DNA of 64,000 nucleotides, taken from NCBI GenBank assembly GCA_036172245.1, contig JAYWIR010000024.1:2046001-2110000 (forward strand), given 5' to 3'. Position 1 is the first letter of the stretch; every line of letters begins with the position of its first letter. Positions 40,370 to 52,259 of this stretch are shown here, piece after piece. A program made the translations under genes and the position numbers. The notes beneath the pieces are model-generated. The model was not told the origin of the DNA and made no database searches. It worked only from the letters and a program-made list of their open reading frames with translations. The DNA comes from Raillietiella orientalis (taxonomy: Eukaryota).

Positions 40370-41233
40370 AATTTATTTTTCCAATTTTACATTACATTTA
40401 TACTACAATCACATTCACACTACTGGCACTATACTACCACTTTGAAGTCCTTGGGGTGTCACACGTTCTGCACTCAGGGACCAAACATCTGCACACTTCC
40501 AGATGTTTGGTCCTGGACGTCGTCCTCAATCCTCTTAAGGATGAATCGGTACGTCCAGGCATAGATTCGTCCACAGTTCATGATGCCGATCTCCCTCTTG
40601 ATGAGTCCTTGCAGGATCTCCATCGGGGGTACGGCTCTCCTGGTTTTCCTCATCTTCCACCACCGCACAAGTATGGCGGTGATGAAGAGGGCGATGGTCG
40701 TTCTTACCATGGGATTGTAGCAGGGAACATTACCATTTCCCTGGAACATCCTTGCGATGATTTCCATCACAGACTTGTTGTTTTGTCCTATGATCCTTTT
40801 CAGGATCAGCCAGTTGTGTAGCAGTGTGGGACACGTCAAGACGTGAAGTCTCGTATCGATGTCTCCACATGCCATGCAGTCTTCATCTTCCCATCTTCCG
40901 GTGAAGTACTTGAGCCTGGACCCGCTCAGGATTCCTCCATGATAGAACATCAGGAGGTCGTCCTGGGTGCCCGGCGGAAGGTCACTCCTCCATAGCGTCG
41001 TGCCGATCGCTAACAGGTTGATCCTGTCACTCCCGTAGCGATCGGCGGCTTCTTGGAGGGCACTGGTGTCTTGGTCCTGGTCCTTGATAATCTTCCGGAG
41101 GTTCATCTTGGTTACCCTAGACCACGCGAAGTCGTTGTGGTTTATCGTCGCAAAGGTGACAGCCGCTTGGTGCCTCACACGCTCGATCGACGGGAAAGCA
41201 GCAACTACCCTTTGCATGACATCGTGTTGGGTT
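40370..41233 (-). mobile_element. Young 5'-truncated L1/Tx1-like insertion (ORF2 C-terminus plus 3' UTR)
   Basis: An uninterrupted frame of about 250 aa with LWRSDLPPGTQDDLLMFYHGGILSGSRL...EDEDCMACGDIDTRLHVLTCP (zf-RVT). Stop at 40474, short UTR, AATAAA at 40377-40372. No TSD recognised. Confidence 0.85.
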
Positions 41234-41734
41234 CAACACGAACGAAGGGCCAGCGGCGGTGGTGCGCAACCAGGTCACGGGCCTGCTTTCACGGCTGCAG
41301 GCGGTGCAGCAGATACGCGTGCACTTTGCACTGCCATGTTCCACAGCTACATTGCCGAGAACGAACCCCAGGAATGACAGGAGAAAAAGAACAGAAGTAG
41401 AAGCTGCGCCCGTTATTTGTGCAAAGAGAAAAAACGAAAGGTCCGCTTGAGACTGTACGCTTAACCGCCCTTTGGGGAATCCAGCAAGTCATCTAGCTTG
41501 CTGGTCCGCTAAAACAAAAGATGGCGCCTGAATTTGATTCCCAACATGCTGTTTTTTTTTTTCCTGCCTGAATGCCCCGGCATGACCTGGTGGACTTCCT
41601 TCTCTTGAAGATGCGACCAGCATGCTGGCTGAAATGATCAAGTAGGCCGTAGTGTCAGGCCTCCTGAACAACACATCCCCATTCATCTTCCTCACCTCTT
41701 CACATAAGCTCTACTCTGAACCCAAAAGCAGTTT

Positions 41735-44700
41735 TTTTATGCATTGTGGAAAATTCAGCAACTGAAATTCAAACGGCACCAGGTGTTCACACCATAGCAC
41801 ATCTGTGCCGCCCCTTTGCATATTGATTCCCGGTTCGCGATGCGGTGTTCGGGAATTTCGCAAGATGGAGGAACGGTTCCCGGGAACGAGGATCCTGCCA
41901 GCGCCGAGGTGCCTTGAAGCGTTCTCTTTCGTGCAACCCATTCGTGCAGCACGGCAAGGTAACACCCTTAAGGAGGCAAGAAAACCTTCGCTCTCTAAGG
42001 AGGTGGAGCGTAGACTTGGTCGATCTGTTCCCGAAAAACCTCGTTTTCCCGACATCTTCAGAGTGCGCGTGCTCCTGGGAGGTGCGCACCCAGAAGCCCC
42101 TACTCAAGGTGTTGTGTGGTTCTCCCATGCACCATCCCCCTATCCCGTTTACATCGAGACCAGGGTTTCAGAGAACCTGCATGATCCCCTTCCCTGGTCA
42201 AGGACTGCCGCCACGCGGACCCGCCTGCTTGGTGTCTTTCGACGAACGCGAAAAGGCAGAGCTGCTGCCCACCGTGAAGGTTCACATGAGGGCGAAGTGC
42301 ATTCGTGACGAACGCCCCCGAGGGCAGTGCGAAGCGCAACTGGTTCCTCCTCGAAAAGGCAACGGGTTCGAAACTCCGCGGCGACGTTTCCACGACTGGA
42401 CTGGAGTGTCTGGAGACAGCTCTGCCGCTTCAGAAGGAGGCGAAGAGCTCGGAGCTTGGCCACGGCACTTGTGATGTGAAGTCGGCGGAGGAGACAAAGC
42501 CGAACCCATAGCGCTTACGACCGACTTGGAAGGCGAGAACATAGGTGGATCTACGCGTAACCGGACCCTTCTCAGGTTGCATGGCCGGATGACCGGAGCT
42601 GCGAGGGGGAGATCGACTGCTTCTTGGACTCCAGTTTGCACGAGGAAGCGTGTTTCAGCTTACGCTCGCTTTCTCTTGCAAGAAGGGAAGCATGGTAACG
42701 GAACCAAGGTGGTTTCATCTGTGCGTGGTTGAGTTTTCGAACCTCGTCGAGTGCCAGATAGGGGTGGTTGCCAGGGAAGCGTACTCGAACGAGCATATCT
42801 CGTTCCCATATTGCGACCCCTTTGGCGAAGCGAAACACCGTCGACGCACGTGGTTATCAGGACGACGGCCTCCGTGTCGAATGTTGCAGGAACCGGTGGC
42901 GGAAAGCTGTCACCATACTCGTCCTCGCAACCGGACATCTTCGGGATGGCGGACGAGACGCTGTTTCCATGACTGCTGGCGCCAGCGGGATGTGCACGCC
43001 GCACGGCTTCCGGGGACGTCGGAGCGTCCGCACGGCAGCGTCCTGCACGTTTTCCTGGCCGCCGTTTACGCCTGTGGGTCCGTGCAGACGCACTCGAAGA
43101 TGAGAACTTGCCCTTCGCCGCGCTTCTTCGGCGCCATGCCAGCAGGAATCCTAAACGATCGCGTTGGAGGTCTCCCAGTCTTCTAAAGCATGGGAAGCCT
43201 TCAGCCAATTCGAGAAAGAAAACGCGTGAGCGGAAGCCATCTGGATTTCCTGGAACATGGTTGATGGCACGTACCCTATCGACGATGTGGAAAACGTGCA
43301 CTTGTTGCAATCCGAAGAAGGAATCGCAGGCTTGGGACTCCCGTTCGATGAGTGGGAACACGGAGCAGGGGGTTCTCCTGTGAAAGGTTGACGCGTAGCC
43401 GTAAAGCGTGAGCGCGACGTCATGGGAAGGCTGGCTGACTACCTCATCAACAGCACGTCCGCATGTATCATCTCCCCTGCAGCCAATTCGGAGGAGCCTA
43501 CGGGTGCCACCTATTCCCAGAAAGACGGTGCGCTATTGACGACACTGCAAGGGAGCGCGTGTCGTCCTTCTCCTAGGGGACCGGAGGAAAAAAGTTTAAC
43601 AGATGTTTCCTTTGCCCATCGTGTCTGCTGGAAGGACACCTCTTCCTGGACTGAAGTCTGGATTTTTGGTTCTTTGTTGCTATGCGCTCCTTTTGATCCG
43701 CGCAGAGGGGAAACGGAGCGAAATTCCGGTTTTCGATTGGCTGCCTTGCGATCGCTGCCAGGCATCGCCGTCTTCCAACGCGCGTCTTCGAGCGTCCTGC
43801 AGCTGTCGAAAAGCCCACTCGATTCGGCTGCAGTGGCAATTTCCGTTTCCGAGGACGACTGCACAGGGCAATCGAGGGTGGATGCAAACAGACCCGATAG
43901 GAAAGCTTCCCAGCGTCGATGTTCTGAGAGCACATCGCGGTCGAGAGAGCACGTGCCATTGAGCCACCTCGTCGTGTCCGTGGTTGGGGAGAATGCGCGG
44001 ACGCCCAAGCCACGTAGCCCCAAAGGCAGCAGCTCTCCGAGGGCACACGACGTGCTTCCGCTCCGAGTGACTTCTCTCATCCGGGCCACGTCGTATTGTA
44101 AGCCCCAGGAGCCACTATTCCGGGCCGATTCCATTCATTCTCGTCATTCCCCGAGCAGCAAACGTCTGAATGCAATCATCTGCTCTGTTTCGTATCCAGT
44201 TGGCACCGACGAACTTTTCAATTTGCATAATGACATGCAAAACAGCTCCTGGCTTCTCCCTGAGCCAGGCTTCCCAGACACGGGACACTATCGGCGTCTC
44301 TTTTGCTAACGTGGGCGCGTGCGATGGTTTCGCGACAGCGCAGTTGGTGCCTGGACACACTGGCAGAGAACGAATAGCAAATGAATTGGGATCATAAGCG
44401 ACGGGGAGGGGGAGTAGGAGGGAGAGGTTATTGCGGGCTAGGGAGAGAGTCGTGAATGGTAGCGGGACGACCATGAGGGTGGTGGATAAAGGAAAAGTGG
44501 TTGGCGAGCGGTGGCTGAACGACGAGTCATCCACCGGAAAAATTTCCAGTGGATGACTCTAATTCCCCCGTGTAGCGCTGCCCAGACTTCTGCCTGCGTG
44601 GACACAGTCCACGGGAGACGTGTCGATCGTCTACGTGGGAGATGCGAAGAGTCGCTGAGACTCGCGTTCAACAGGCGCGTCAGAAAGCACACGACCAGTA

Positions 44701-45950
44701 ACGGGAAACAGGGCAGGGTGGTCAGCCGAATCGGAACCTCGAACTGTAGGAGCTCGCAGCTGCCAAACGGAACTTCACGAGGACAAACCCAAAGTCGAAA
44801 CCGGATTTTATTGCTCCAGGGAGACGAGAAAGAAGTCACGCTGGGCACTGCCCGGTTGCTACGAAGTCCCAGCAACGGTGTTAGAAGAGACGAGGTGGAA
44901 GACGAGCCAGTGTCGCAGACTTTGAGTGCCAACTGATGATCCCGTCCGTATCTGCGCCGTTAAGGCAATGTGGGGTAATTGGATCATCAGGAATGGAGAT
45001 CGAGAGAGGAATGAAGAGGTACTGAGAGAGTTCAAAATTGTTAAGTAACCGGTGGAGTGCATCGGAACGGAAATGGTGTTCTCGCACATACAGCATACCC
45101 GAGGTGGCTGCTGGAAGCATTGGATGGGTGAACCTTCGAACACTTTTCCGATAGGGTTGGCGAGAGCAGGGCGATGCAAATGTGTCGAGTGGTGATTTCA
45201 GGGTCGTTTTGTGGAGATAACGGAAACAGACTGGAATTTAAGTTTCCTTGTTCCGAGAGCTGGAAGAAATGGCCATGCAAGAAAGGGAAATGGTTGCTTG
45301 AGTTTCTTCTAGAAGTGGAGGGACTGCGAAAAATCGTCCTGAAAGTCATCACGGGATGATTAATGAGAGTGATGTGAACTGTTGCCTTCGGGAGAGGGAC
45401 AACGTCGAATGTAGAAAATGGTTACCGATCTTGGCCGGTATCGCACGATTCCTTCATCATTTTGTCTCTTAGCTTTTATTCTGCTCCACCGAGCCGCAGA
45501 TTACCCTTCCCAAGGCAACCGTCCACGAAGAATCCTTTTAAAATGTCGAAAAGTAGCCATCCTGATTCCAAATCCCACCAAAACACAAAATGGCGTCCTC
45601 CCGTTTCCACTGATGGAATACCCGCGATGAAAGATTGCGGCCCAATGATCTGAAGCTGCGGATGATGGAAACACTGTGGGGAGGAAGTCTTGGAGAAGGG
45701 CAAAGCGCAACAACTGCTGGAGACGTGGACTGGAAAGGCTTGGCGGTGGGGCGGAGGAAGAATGGAGAACCGCGGATGCAGGAAAGAGTTGAACGTACAG
45801 CAGAGACACCCGAGACAAACGCGTCCGGTAAAGGAGGAGGCAGTTTGTGTGTATTCAGTGCTTGCAGTGGGTTTCCTGTTGGCATCCCCCCCTCGTTCTG
45901 AATTGAAGGATAAGAGTGTCTAAGCTGCAGGAGAAGCTGCGCAAGGCTTC
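41735..45950 (-). mobile_element. Long, heavily decayed Tx1/L1-like element (ORF1 remnant about 45950-45400, APE endonuclease from about 45050, RT about 43400-42500)
   Basis: SFRSLGRNLS..ILCFGGIWN (ORF1-like), LPHIALTAQ (IxxLQET-like), AIPSSDCNK...FSNWLKA (LSLDxxKAFD...WLKxLY-like) and EAVDLPLAAPVIRPCN (KxRxLSLxGRxxxxN-like). Confidence 0.5.
41985..44846. repeat. Left arm of a 2862-bp near-identical inverted repeat
   Basis: Position x pairs with 97799-x. ORF translations on the two arms are essentially identical (e.g. 43422-44309+ vs 54377-53490-), with only a few substitutions seen. Confidence 0.97.
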
Positions 45951-45999
45951 CCAAGTCCTACGATCCTGAATGCACCCATTTGTCGGCGTCTATTCTCTA

Positions 46000-46760
46000 C
46001 GTGGGGATTCGACCAGAAAGACTCCGTGCTATGTACAGGGACCGCAGCCACATGGCCACCAACGCGGACTCCCCAGAGAGATTCTCCTCCGTTGTCCTTC
46101 TTTGGACAATCCCATACATTGGCTCACCAGTAATATGGGGTATCACCTGAAGCGTCGAGGGAGAAACGTTGCACCTCTGTGGGTGGGTTACATGAGACCT
46201 CGTCAATCCTTCAGCTCCGTGTCCCACTCAAACTACTGTTCTGCTGGACCGAGATGCTGGACATCAATTTAAATCCGCAGCTTCCAGAGATAATAACGGA
46301 CAGCTCCACCTTACTCCTAATAGGGGGGGGGAGTCGTGCTCCTGCTGTTCCACTTGGGTCTTCCATGCAACTCCCATCCACATCATTGGACCCTGGAGAA
46401 GAATGGGAGCAGGGAGTTAGCCCAAGAGCCTCTCCTGCGCTTAATTGTGAATTCAGCTTCCCTCCGGCTTCTATGGGAACGTTTCGCAACGACTCCTGGG
46501 ACTCTACTGCGCAACCCGAGAGACGTTCATAAGCGCCTATTCATGCGCGATAGTCTACCGCCAACCGTGTTCCTAGCAGCTGTTTTCTGTCTCTGTGGAA
46601 TGGTGGTGTCCTGGAGCGCTGCCGAAAGAGGCCAAGACGACGAGGTTGTGTTCCTGAGTTCTTCCGAGGCTGCTCCTCGGATGGAAGGTTCCCCTACCTC
46701 CTTGAGGGTGTTTTCTTACCGTTTCGCAAGAATGGGCTTCGAAGGGCATCCTTTCCACGA
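46000..46760 (+). mobile_element. Tx1/L1-like ORF2 3' remnant directly upstream of protease-like gene A
   Basis: LLLFHLGLP...LIVNSASLRLLWERFATT..NPRDVHKRLFMRDSL aligns with the 36590-37140 and 35600-36100 copies. Confidence 0.7.
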
Positions 46761-46962
46761 TCCTCTTACAACGCACCTTGGCGCTGGCAGGATCCTCGTT
46801 ACCGGGAAACGTTCCTCCGTCTTGAGAAATTCCCGAGCACCGCAACACGATCTGGGAATCAATATGCAAGGGCACGGCTCAGGTGTGCTGAGGTGGGAAC
46901 AAGCAACGCCTGCTGCCGTTTGAAATTTCATTTGCCGAAATTTTCACAAGTGCCCTTGGGGA

Positions 46963-46969
46963 CATAAAA
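46963..46969 (+). promoter_or_regulatory. TATA-like box (CATAAAA) of protease-like gene A
   Basis: About 40 nt upstream of ATG 47006. Conserved at 56709-56715 before gene B and at 41741-41735 on the minus strand. Confidence 0.5.
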
Positions 46970-47005
46970 GCAACCCTTGGCGGATCCAGAGGTCAGGCGA
47001 GAGGG

Positions 47006-49677
47006 ATGGCAGCTTCGAAGGCACTCGCGGTTTTATTCTTGGCTCTGACGATGTGAGTTTTTGCAACAACCATTGTAGTGAATTCCTTCCATTTGAATTT
47101 CTTCCACTGGAACCATCATTTTTCTCTCCCTCTCTCTTTCTTCCAGATCAGTTTTTTCTGAAGGAAAGACTGTAAAAATAAACCAGATGTATTTCAATGT
47201 AAGACTCATCCTTCTTGTAAATGCAGAGAGATAACAGGAGATTCTTTCTTTTTCAAGGGAACATACGTTGTGCACATGATGACCAACAGGATACAATATA
47301 GCATGCTTTTGGATAGCTGGTCTGACGTTGTGTGGCTTCCATCATCGGGATGCTCCTCGGATTTTTGCAGTAATGGGGACTCGACCAAGAGGGAAAGCAC
47401 ATTGCGATTTCCATTGCTTCATAGTGCATCGCTATCGATACGATGTTTCAAAGCTGGCAAGGAACCCGGATGCTAATCCCAAAAAGGAGTATTATCTGCT
47501 AGATGTTAAGCTGAATGGAAATCAACGCATCTTCAACTTTGTGAGTTTGTGACTGCAAAGTTGAAATTTCGTGAGAGTGGACCAACAAGAGGCCTCTCTC
47601 GTGGGTCATCTGCGTACATGTTGCATTTAAATCGGATCCGTTTCAGAAATTCGGACAATGGATTTCCACATGGAATATTGCGGTTTTCGATATAGATCCC
47701 CAGCCAAGCAGTTATATCAATTTTCTGTTGACGGACGGTTTCTTCGGCATAAATCCGCCAGCTCTGAGTTCCTTTCTGAGGAATCATAACCTGGAGCAAA
47801 TCGCTTACATGGAATTCGATCGGTAAAGCAAGTCTTCGAAAGCTTTGCAAACACGTCAAGCATCTGGATCCAGGAAAGAACGAAAGACGAGTGTTGTTTT
47901 GGGAGAATCGTACCCATTTCGAAATCCGAAACGCTGTGCCAACTACCCCATAAACAAAAAAAATCAGCTCTATGAGATTCCCATTCGCAGGTAAGTGCAA
48001 TCCTTCTTGCAGTCTGAAATCGGAATTGTCTGTTGGCTCCTCGTTTCCTCAGTGCAAGTTGATGACAGTAGCTCGAAGGGTAGCGTGTAGAATGTCCTTC
48101 TAACGGGTTGCAGAATTCGAAGATTCTGCCAACTAAGGAATTTCGGAGTCATTGCTTAAAGATGCGGCTCAATCTTTAAGAACGTGCGAGCAATTGGGGT
48201 CCCAGAAAGACGACCGCAACTGACTGCCGCAATTGGGGATGGAATTGGGATCCTCGTTCGCAGCTCCTCGCGTCCCTCTAGTTTTCTTCGTTTTTTCCTC
48301 CTCTGAGAAGGAGCCGTTCGGTTGCCACCTTGAAGGCATCGGAACGTCTCGTCTGCTCCGCCGCAGGAAAGCTCTCAAGACTTTTCTGCTGTCACGCAGT
48401 CGACCGAAATCCGGGTAAAGCGGCGACTTTGACCACTTTCGCAAGGTCAGGGAGGGAAAACTCGGGCTCACTTGCGATTCCCTACTGCTAGTCAATGGGG
48501 CATCCGACCACGGATATGAGGGTGCCCTGCCAACGCATCCCCCATTCTTGATCCATTCTTAGCGTCATCAAGCAAAAATGCTCTAAACCTTCCTCTACGT
48601 CGGTCGCTTTTATGGGCGTTCGAAAATGCAACGCGGGTGAGGTGAGAGGATGCCGTGGCAACACAGCCACCAACGATGGCAGTCCGAGAGCTATGACCAC
48701 CACGAATACTCCTTTTCAGCATCAAGATCGGCAAACAAGAAATGTGTCAGGGGATATGCGTTGCTTATTTGGATACAGCCCTTCCAATCGCTCAAGTTAG
48801 TCAGAATTTTATGAAACAATTCCGGAGACACATTAAACCGCTGGATGTGGACCACTTGTACGGGGTGAGTCTCCAGATCTGTTCCCATCCCTAGCAGCGT
48901 CCAGCTATTGAACAGCCTGCGAGCCCCTGGAATTCATGGCCCAGTGTAACCTACACATTTTTGAATGGTGCGGAGCTTGAGATGAAACCACAGGACTATG
49001 TCTTCGATATCGTGGTGAGTAGCGAAAACCGACAAACTTCCACTCGAATGAATAAGCAGTTATCCAACTAATCGTAGTGGCAGCTATGCAGCTAATTGTA
49101 ATATTAACTCTTCCTCCGATTGCAGTAATTAACTATGAGACTAAGCCATCCGCAGTGCCGACTGAGTTGCGATCTTTGAAACCAATGCATCGTATAAAGA
49201 GTTAGAATCCACCAAAGGGCAAGTTGAACGGGCAAAAGTTGCTTTCTGTCGATTGCTTCGTGATGTGCGCGACGAACGAAGAGGAGCTGTTGCTTCCTTC
49301 ATACGTGCTTGCACGTCCCGTTATCCCCGAAGAGTCACTTTTCTCAAGGTATAATTGCCATTTGTGCCAACACGCTTTTGCTGCGTGAGAACCGAAAACT
49401 CGAGTCGCACGTGGTTTACACGCCTGCCTTTTCCTCCCTCGTGTTTCCCGGAAATCGGAAGAGTGGCCATAATCCTAAACCATCGTGATGGGAGATTGGT
49501 ATTCGACTAACGCCCGAATTTTATTTTCAGCTGAGCCGCGGCACTGTTCCTGTGCTGGGATTCGCGACCGGATTGAGGTCGGCCGATGAAATGTGGACGA
49601 TTTCCCAGAAGATGATGACATACTTGATCACGCAGATCGATTTGAAAAGCGAAACCCTCACGATTCATGTGAAGTGA
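47006..49677 (+). CDS. Secreted pepsin-like (A1 aspartic peptidase fold) protein A, probably non-catalytic. Exons: 47006-47052, 47147-47198, 47258-47369, 47425-47540, 47647-47822, 47874-47990, 48720-48864, 48916-49014, 49531-49677. 336 aa
   Basis: All-GT-AG splicing gives an open frame. Signal peptide MAASKALAVLFLALTISVFS; YSMLLDSWSDVVWLPSSGCSSDFC (vs FDTGSSNLWVPSxxC); RYDVSK; DGFFGI; VVLGE; IKIGKQEMCQGICVAYLDTALP (vs CxxGCxAIxDTGTS); LEMKPQDYV; WTISQKMMTYLITQIDL. Exon phases match copy B. Confidence 0.88.
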
Positions 49678-50718
49678 TGCAGACATGCTCGGATTGTGGG
49701 TGGTCACTGATTTGCATCCCAATTAAAAAAGACGATTCCTGCTGTTTGTCTTTTCAATTGGCATTCAGTGGCATCTCGAAGCTTCCAGCAGCCTTCCGAT
49801 AGAGTATTCCTCCAAATGAAGACCACATTGCGCAAAACACATGTGTGAGCAGGGAGGCAATTTGTGAGAATAGGGTAGGGGTTCATTCGACGCAGATCAA
49901 TCCACCCCCGAACATATTCTAATGCAACATGAGCTTGCTGCTGTCGCTTGGTAACAACTCCAGCAAACACCAGTAACAGGCACTTGGGAGTAAGATTCCC
50001 TGTCCTTGTGGTAATTTTGTTTCAAGAGAATGAAGAGAAAGGGTTCTCTCTTCTCTCACTGGAAACGAGGCGTCTCCGGGAAACCATGACAACGACTCCA
50101 GAGTCTGGATTATCAGGGACGGTAGAATCAAACTACAAAAAAATCCTGGAAATCGCACAACATCAATGCAAGTGGAAGAAGGGTTTGCCAAAGGGCATCC
50201 AGGGCTCTCGCCAAACACAGATCCCAAATCCATCAGATTGCGTGCTCAACTGGAACGATCCGGAAGCATTTCTGGCCTGTAGAGCTCACTGACACTCCGC
50301 CGCTGCTTTCAATCGCAAGCGTCCGTGCGTGGTCACCCGAACATTCGGGATCGTCTGGCGCCTTCGTAACGATGATGTGTGTGCAACTAATAGGTTGTGG
50401 TTTGGGGAATCTTTAAGCAGCCTGGAACAACAACCACTTCGCAATTCTACTGCGAAAATCTTTGAAAACAGCGGCGTGTTATTAGGAACTGACTAAGTGG
50501 AACGCTGAGGTCAGGATATGTTCTCCTTCACGACAACACGTGCCTACACACTGCAGTCTGGACATTCCAGACAATTAAGGAATTCAAATGGGAACTTCTT
50601 GATAATCTTGCATTCCTGACCTTGAGTCCAGTGACTATCACGTTTTCCCACACCTCCCAGGCATTCTATAGAAATTGGAGTTCATCATCCGGGAGAGAGC
50701 TGCTTGCTCTGCCACTCC

Positions 50719-52185
50719 TAGGTCAGCCTATTTCTCCTCACTCAGAAGCAGTAGGTCAGCAGGATGAGGACCGACTCGGTGACCAGGGGAGCCACTCCTA
50801 CCGCTGCCAGGACCGCGAGTCCCATGCACGCGCCTTCCATGGACGCGAAAGACTGACCTCTACGCTGTTTGCTCCGCCGTCGCAGTTGCGAGACTTTTCC
50901 TCTGAATCCCTCCTTTCTCCTCTTCTGGCAGCAGCAGGGCGGATCCTCCCTTCGGAGGGTTCTGCCCATCCGTGATGCGGATCGAATTCACGACCAGGAA
51001 TTCGCTGGATTTCTTTTCTTCCGGAGGGTTCCTCCTTCTCCTGCCTAGAGAGATTTCTGTGCCTTCAGGATGGCTTGGCACTTGACACATCGCTGGCTTG
51101 CACTTGGGAAAGCATAAGGTCACTAGAGCGCGCAACTGGACCACATCCGTAGCGGGAAACTTGAAGACCGTCATGTGCATCTAGAGATCCCTTCAGCTTC
51201 CAGAGGACCACTTGAGTGGTCTTACGATCGAATCCACGGGGCATCCTTGCTCGTCGATGAGGTGGATCTCTCTCGAGTCCAGGTCGCCCACCGCTGTCAT
51301 GTCCCTGATGGAGATCTCGTACGGAGTACCCTCGTCCTTGATCTCGAACCGCACCAGCAGAGGGTCACCCACTTCGGCTGCAGATACCTCGTTGTTCTTC
51401 AGGTCGTAGATCTTCATGAGCACGTTCGGCGAGTGCAGCGCCGACTTCTCCTCGGACAGGGTGGCAGCGACCCCTCTCACCTTCAGACCCATGCCGTTGG
51501 TGACGGTCGTGTTGAAGAGCTGGTAGTGGCACTTCACGATGAGCTGCAGGTCTTCGTCGGTCAGGACGACGTCGTGGTGCTGAATGACGATCTCGTTGCT
51601 GAACAGCCTTCCAGCTCCTGCTTCACGTTGCAGTCCGGGCTGCCGTACGGCATGTGCAGCTCGAACTCCAGGCTTTGGTCCACGTCCACGGCGCATCCTT
51701 CCGGGTTGGGGAGTGCATAGTTCTTCCCGTTGAACAGTTTGCTGCTCAGCACCTTCACGAGCATCTTCGTGTCATGGCAGTGGACGCTCACGTTGTAGCA
51801 AGGCCCTAGCTCGTACGTTGAGGATTCCGGTATATCCAGGTAGGGCTGCTTCAGATGCAGCAACGTGGCCTCCGAGTGGTGGCTGATCCTGCAGGTGTTC
51901 AGGTCCATGTCGTTGTAGTCGAATGAGTGGCATCTGTAAGGTGCCGTCATGCAGAGTCGGTGGCACAGGTCCAAGCTGTCCACGTTAGTGAACACAGAGT
52001 CCACAGTCTTTATGATCTTCCCGATTATATTCTGGAAGCGGCACTTCTTCACAGGCTCCCTGACGCAGTTGTTCTCCAGGTATTCGATGTCTTCTCCTTT
52101 TTCGAGTCCGACGAAAGACTTGTGCGTGTGACGATCCTTATCCGAGATGCTGCACGACTGATCCTTGCTGTTGAAGTTCGCCGAT
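50719..52185 (-). pseudogene. NompA-like PAN/apple + zona pellucida (ZP) domain gene, large terminal exon, disabled
   Basis: Acceptor tttcttccag just above 52185. PAN motifs (EYLENNC; CHRLCMTAPYRCHSFDY), ZP motifs (FSNEIVIQHH, EVGDPLLVRFEI, LIDEQGCPVD, FKFPATDVVQLRALVT), furin site GRRRR and a TM helix. One-nt frameshift at about 51606, in-frame TGA (about 51193) and TAG (about 51181), and a further shift before the TM. Confidence 0.85.
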
Positions 52186-52259
52186 CTGGAAGAAATCCAT
52201 CCGCAATAAGAATCCAGTCATCATAAATAAGGATAGGTGCACTCAACGAGCAATAGGAA

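Larger units (their letters stand above)
46615..50370 (+). repeat. Direct segmental duplication, copy A (partner about 56380-60130)
   Basis: Colinear similarity across the upstream region, all exons and introns, and the 3' flank. Near identity at 49588-50187 vs 59371-59970. Confidence 0.93.

Noticed and set aside
41489..41735. Third protease-like gene on the minus strand after the inverted promoter copy
   Set aside because: The CATAAAA box is present, but the downstream sequence encodes no signal peptide or pepsin-like exons.
43422..44309. 295-aa ORF duplicated at 53490-54377, and other long ORFs in the inverted-repeat arms
   Set aside because: Antisense or off-frame to a decayed retrotransposon in GC-rich DNA. 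No domain motif; their identity only reflects the recent duplication.
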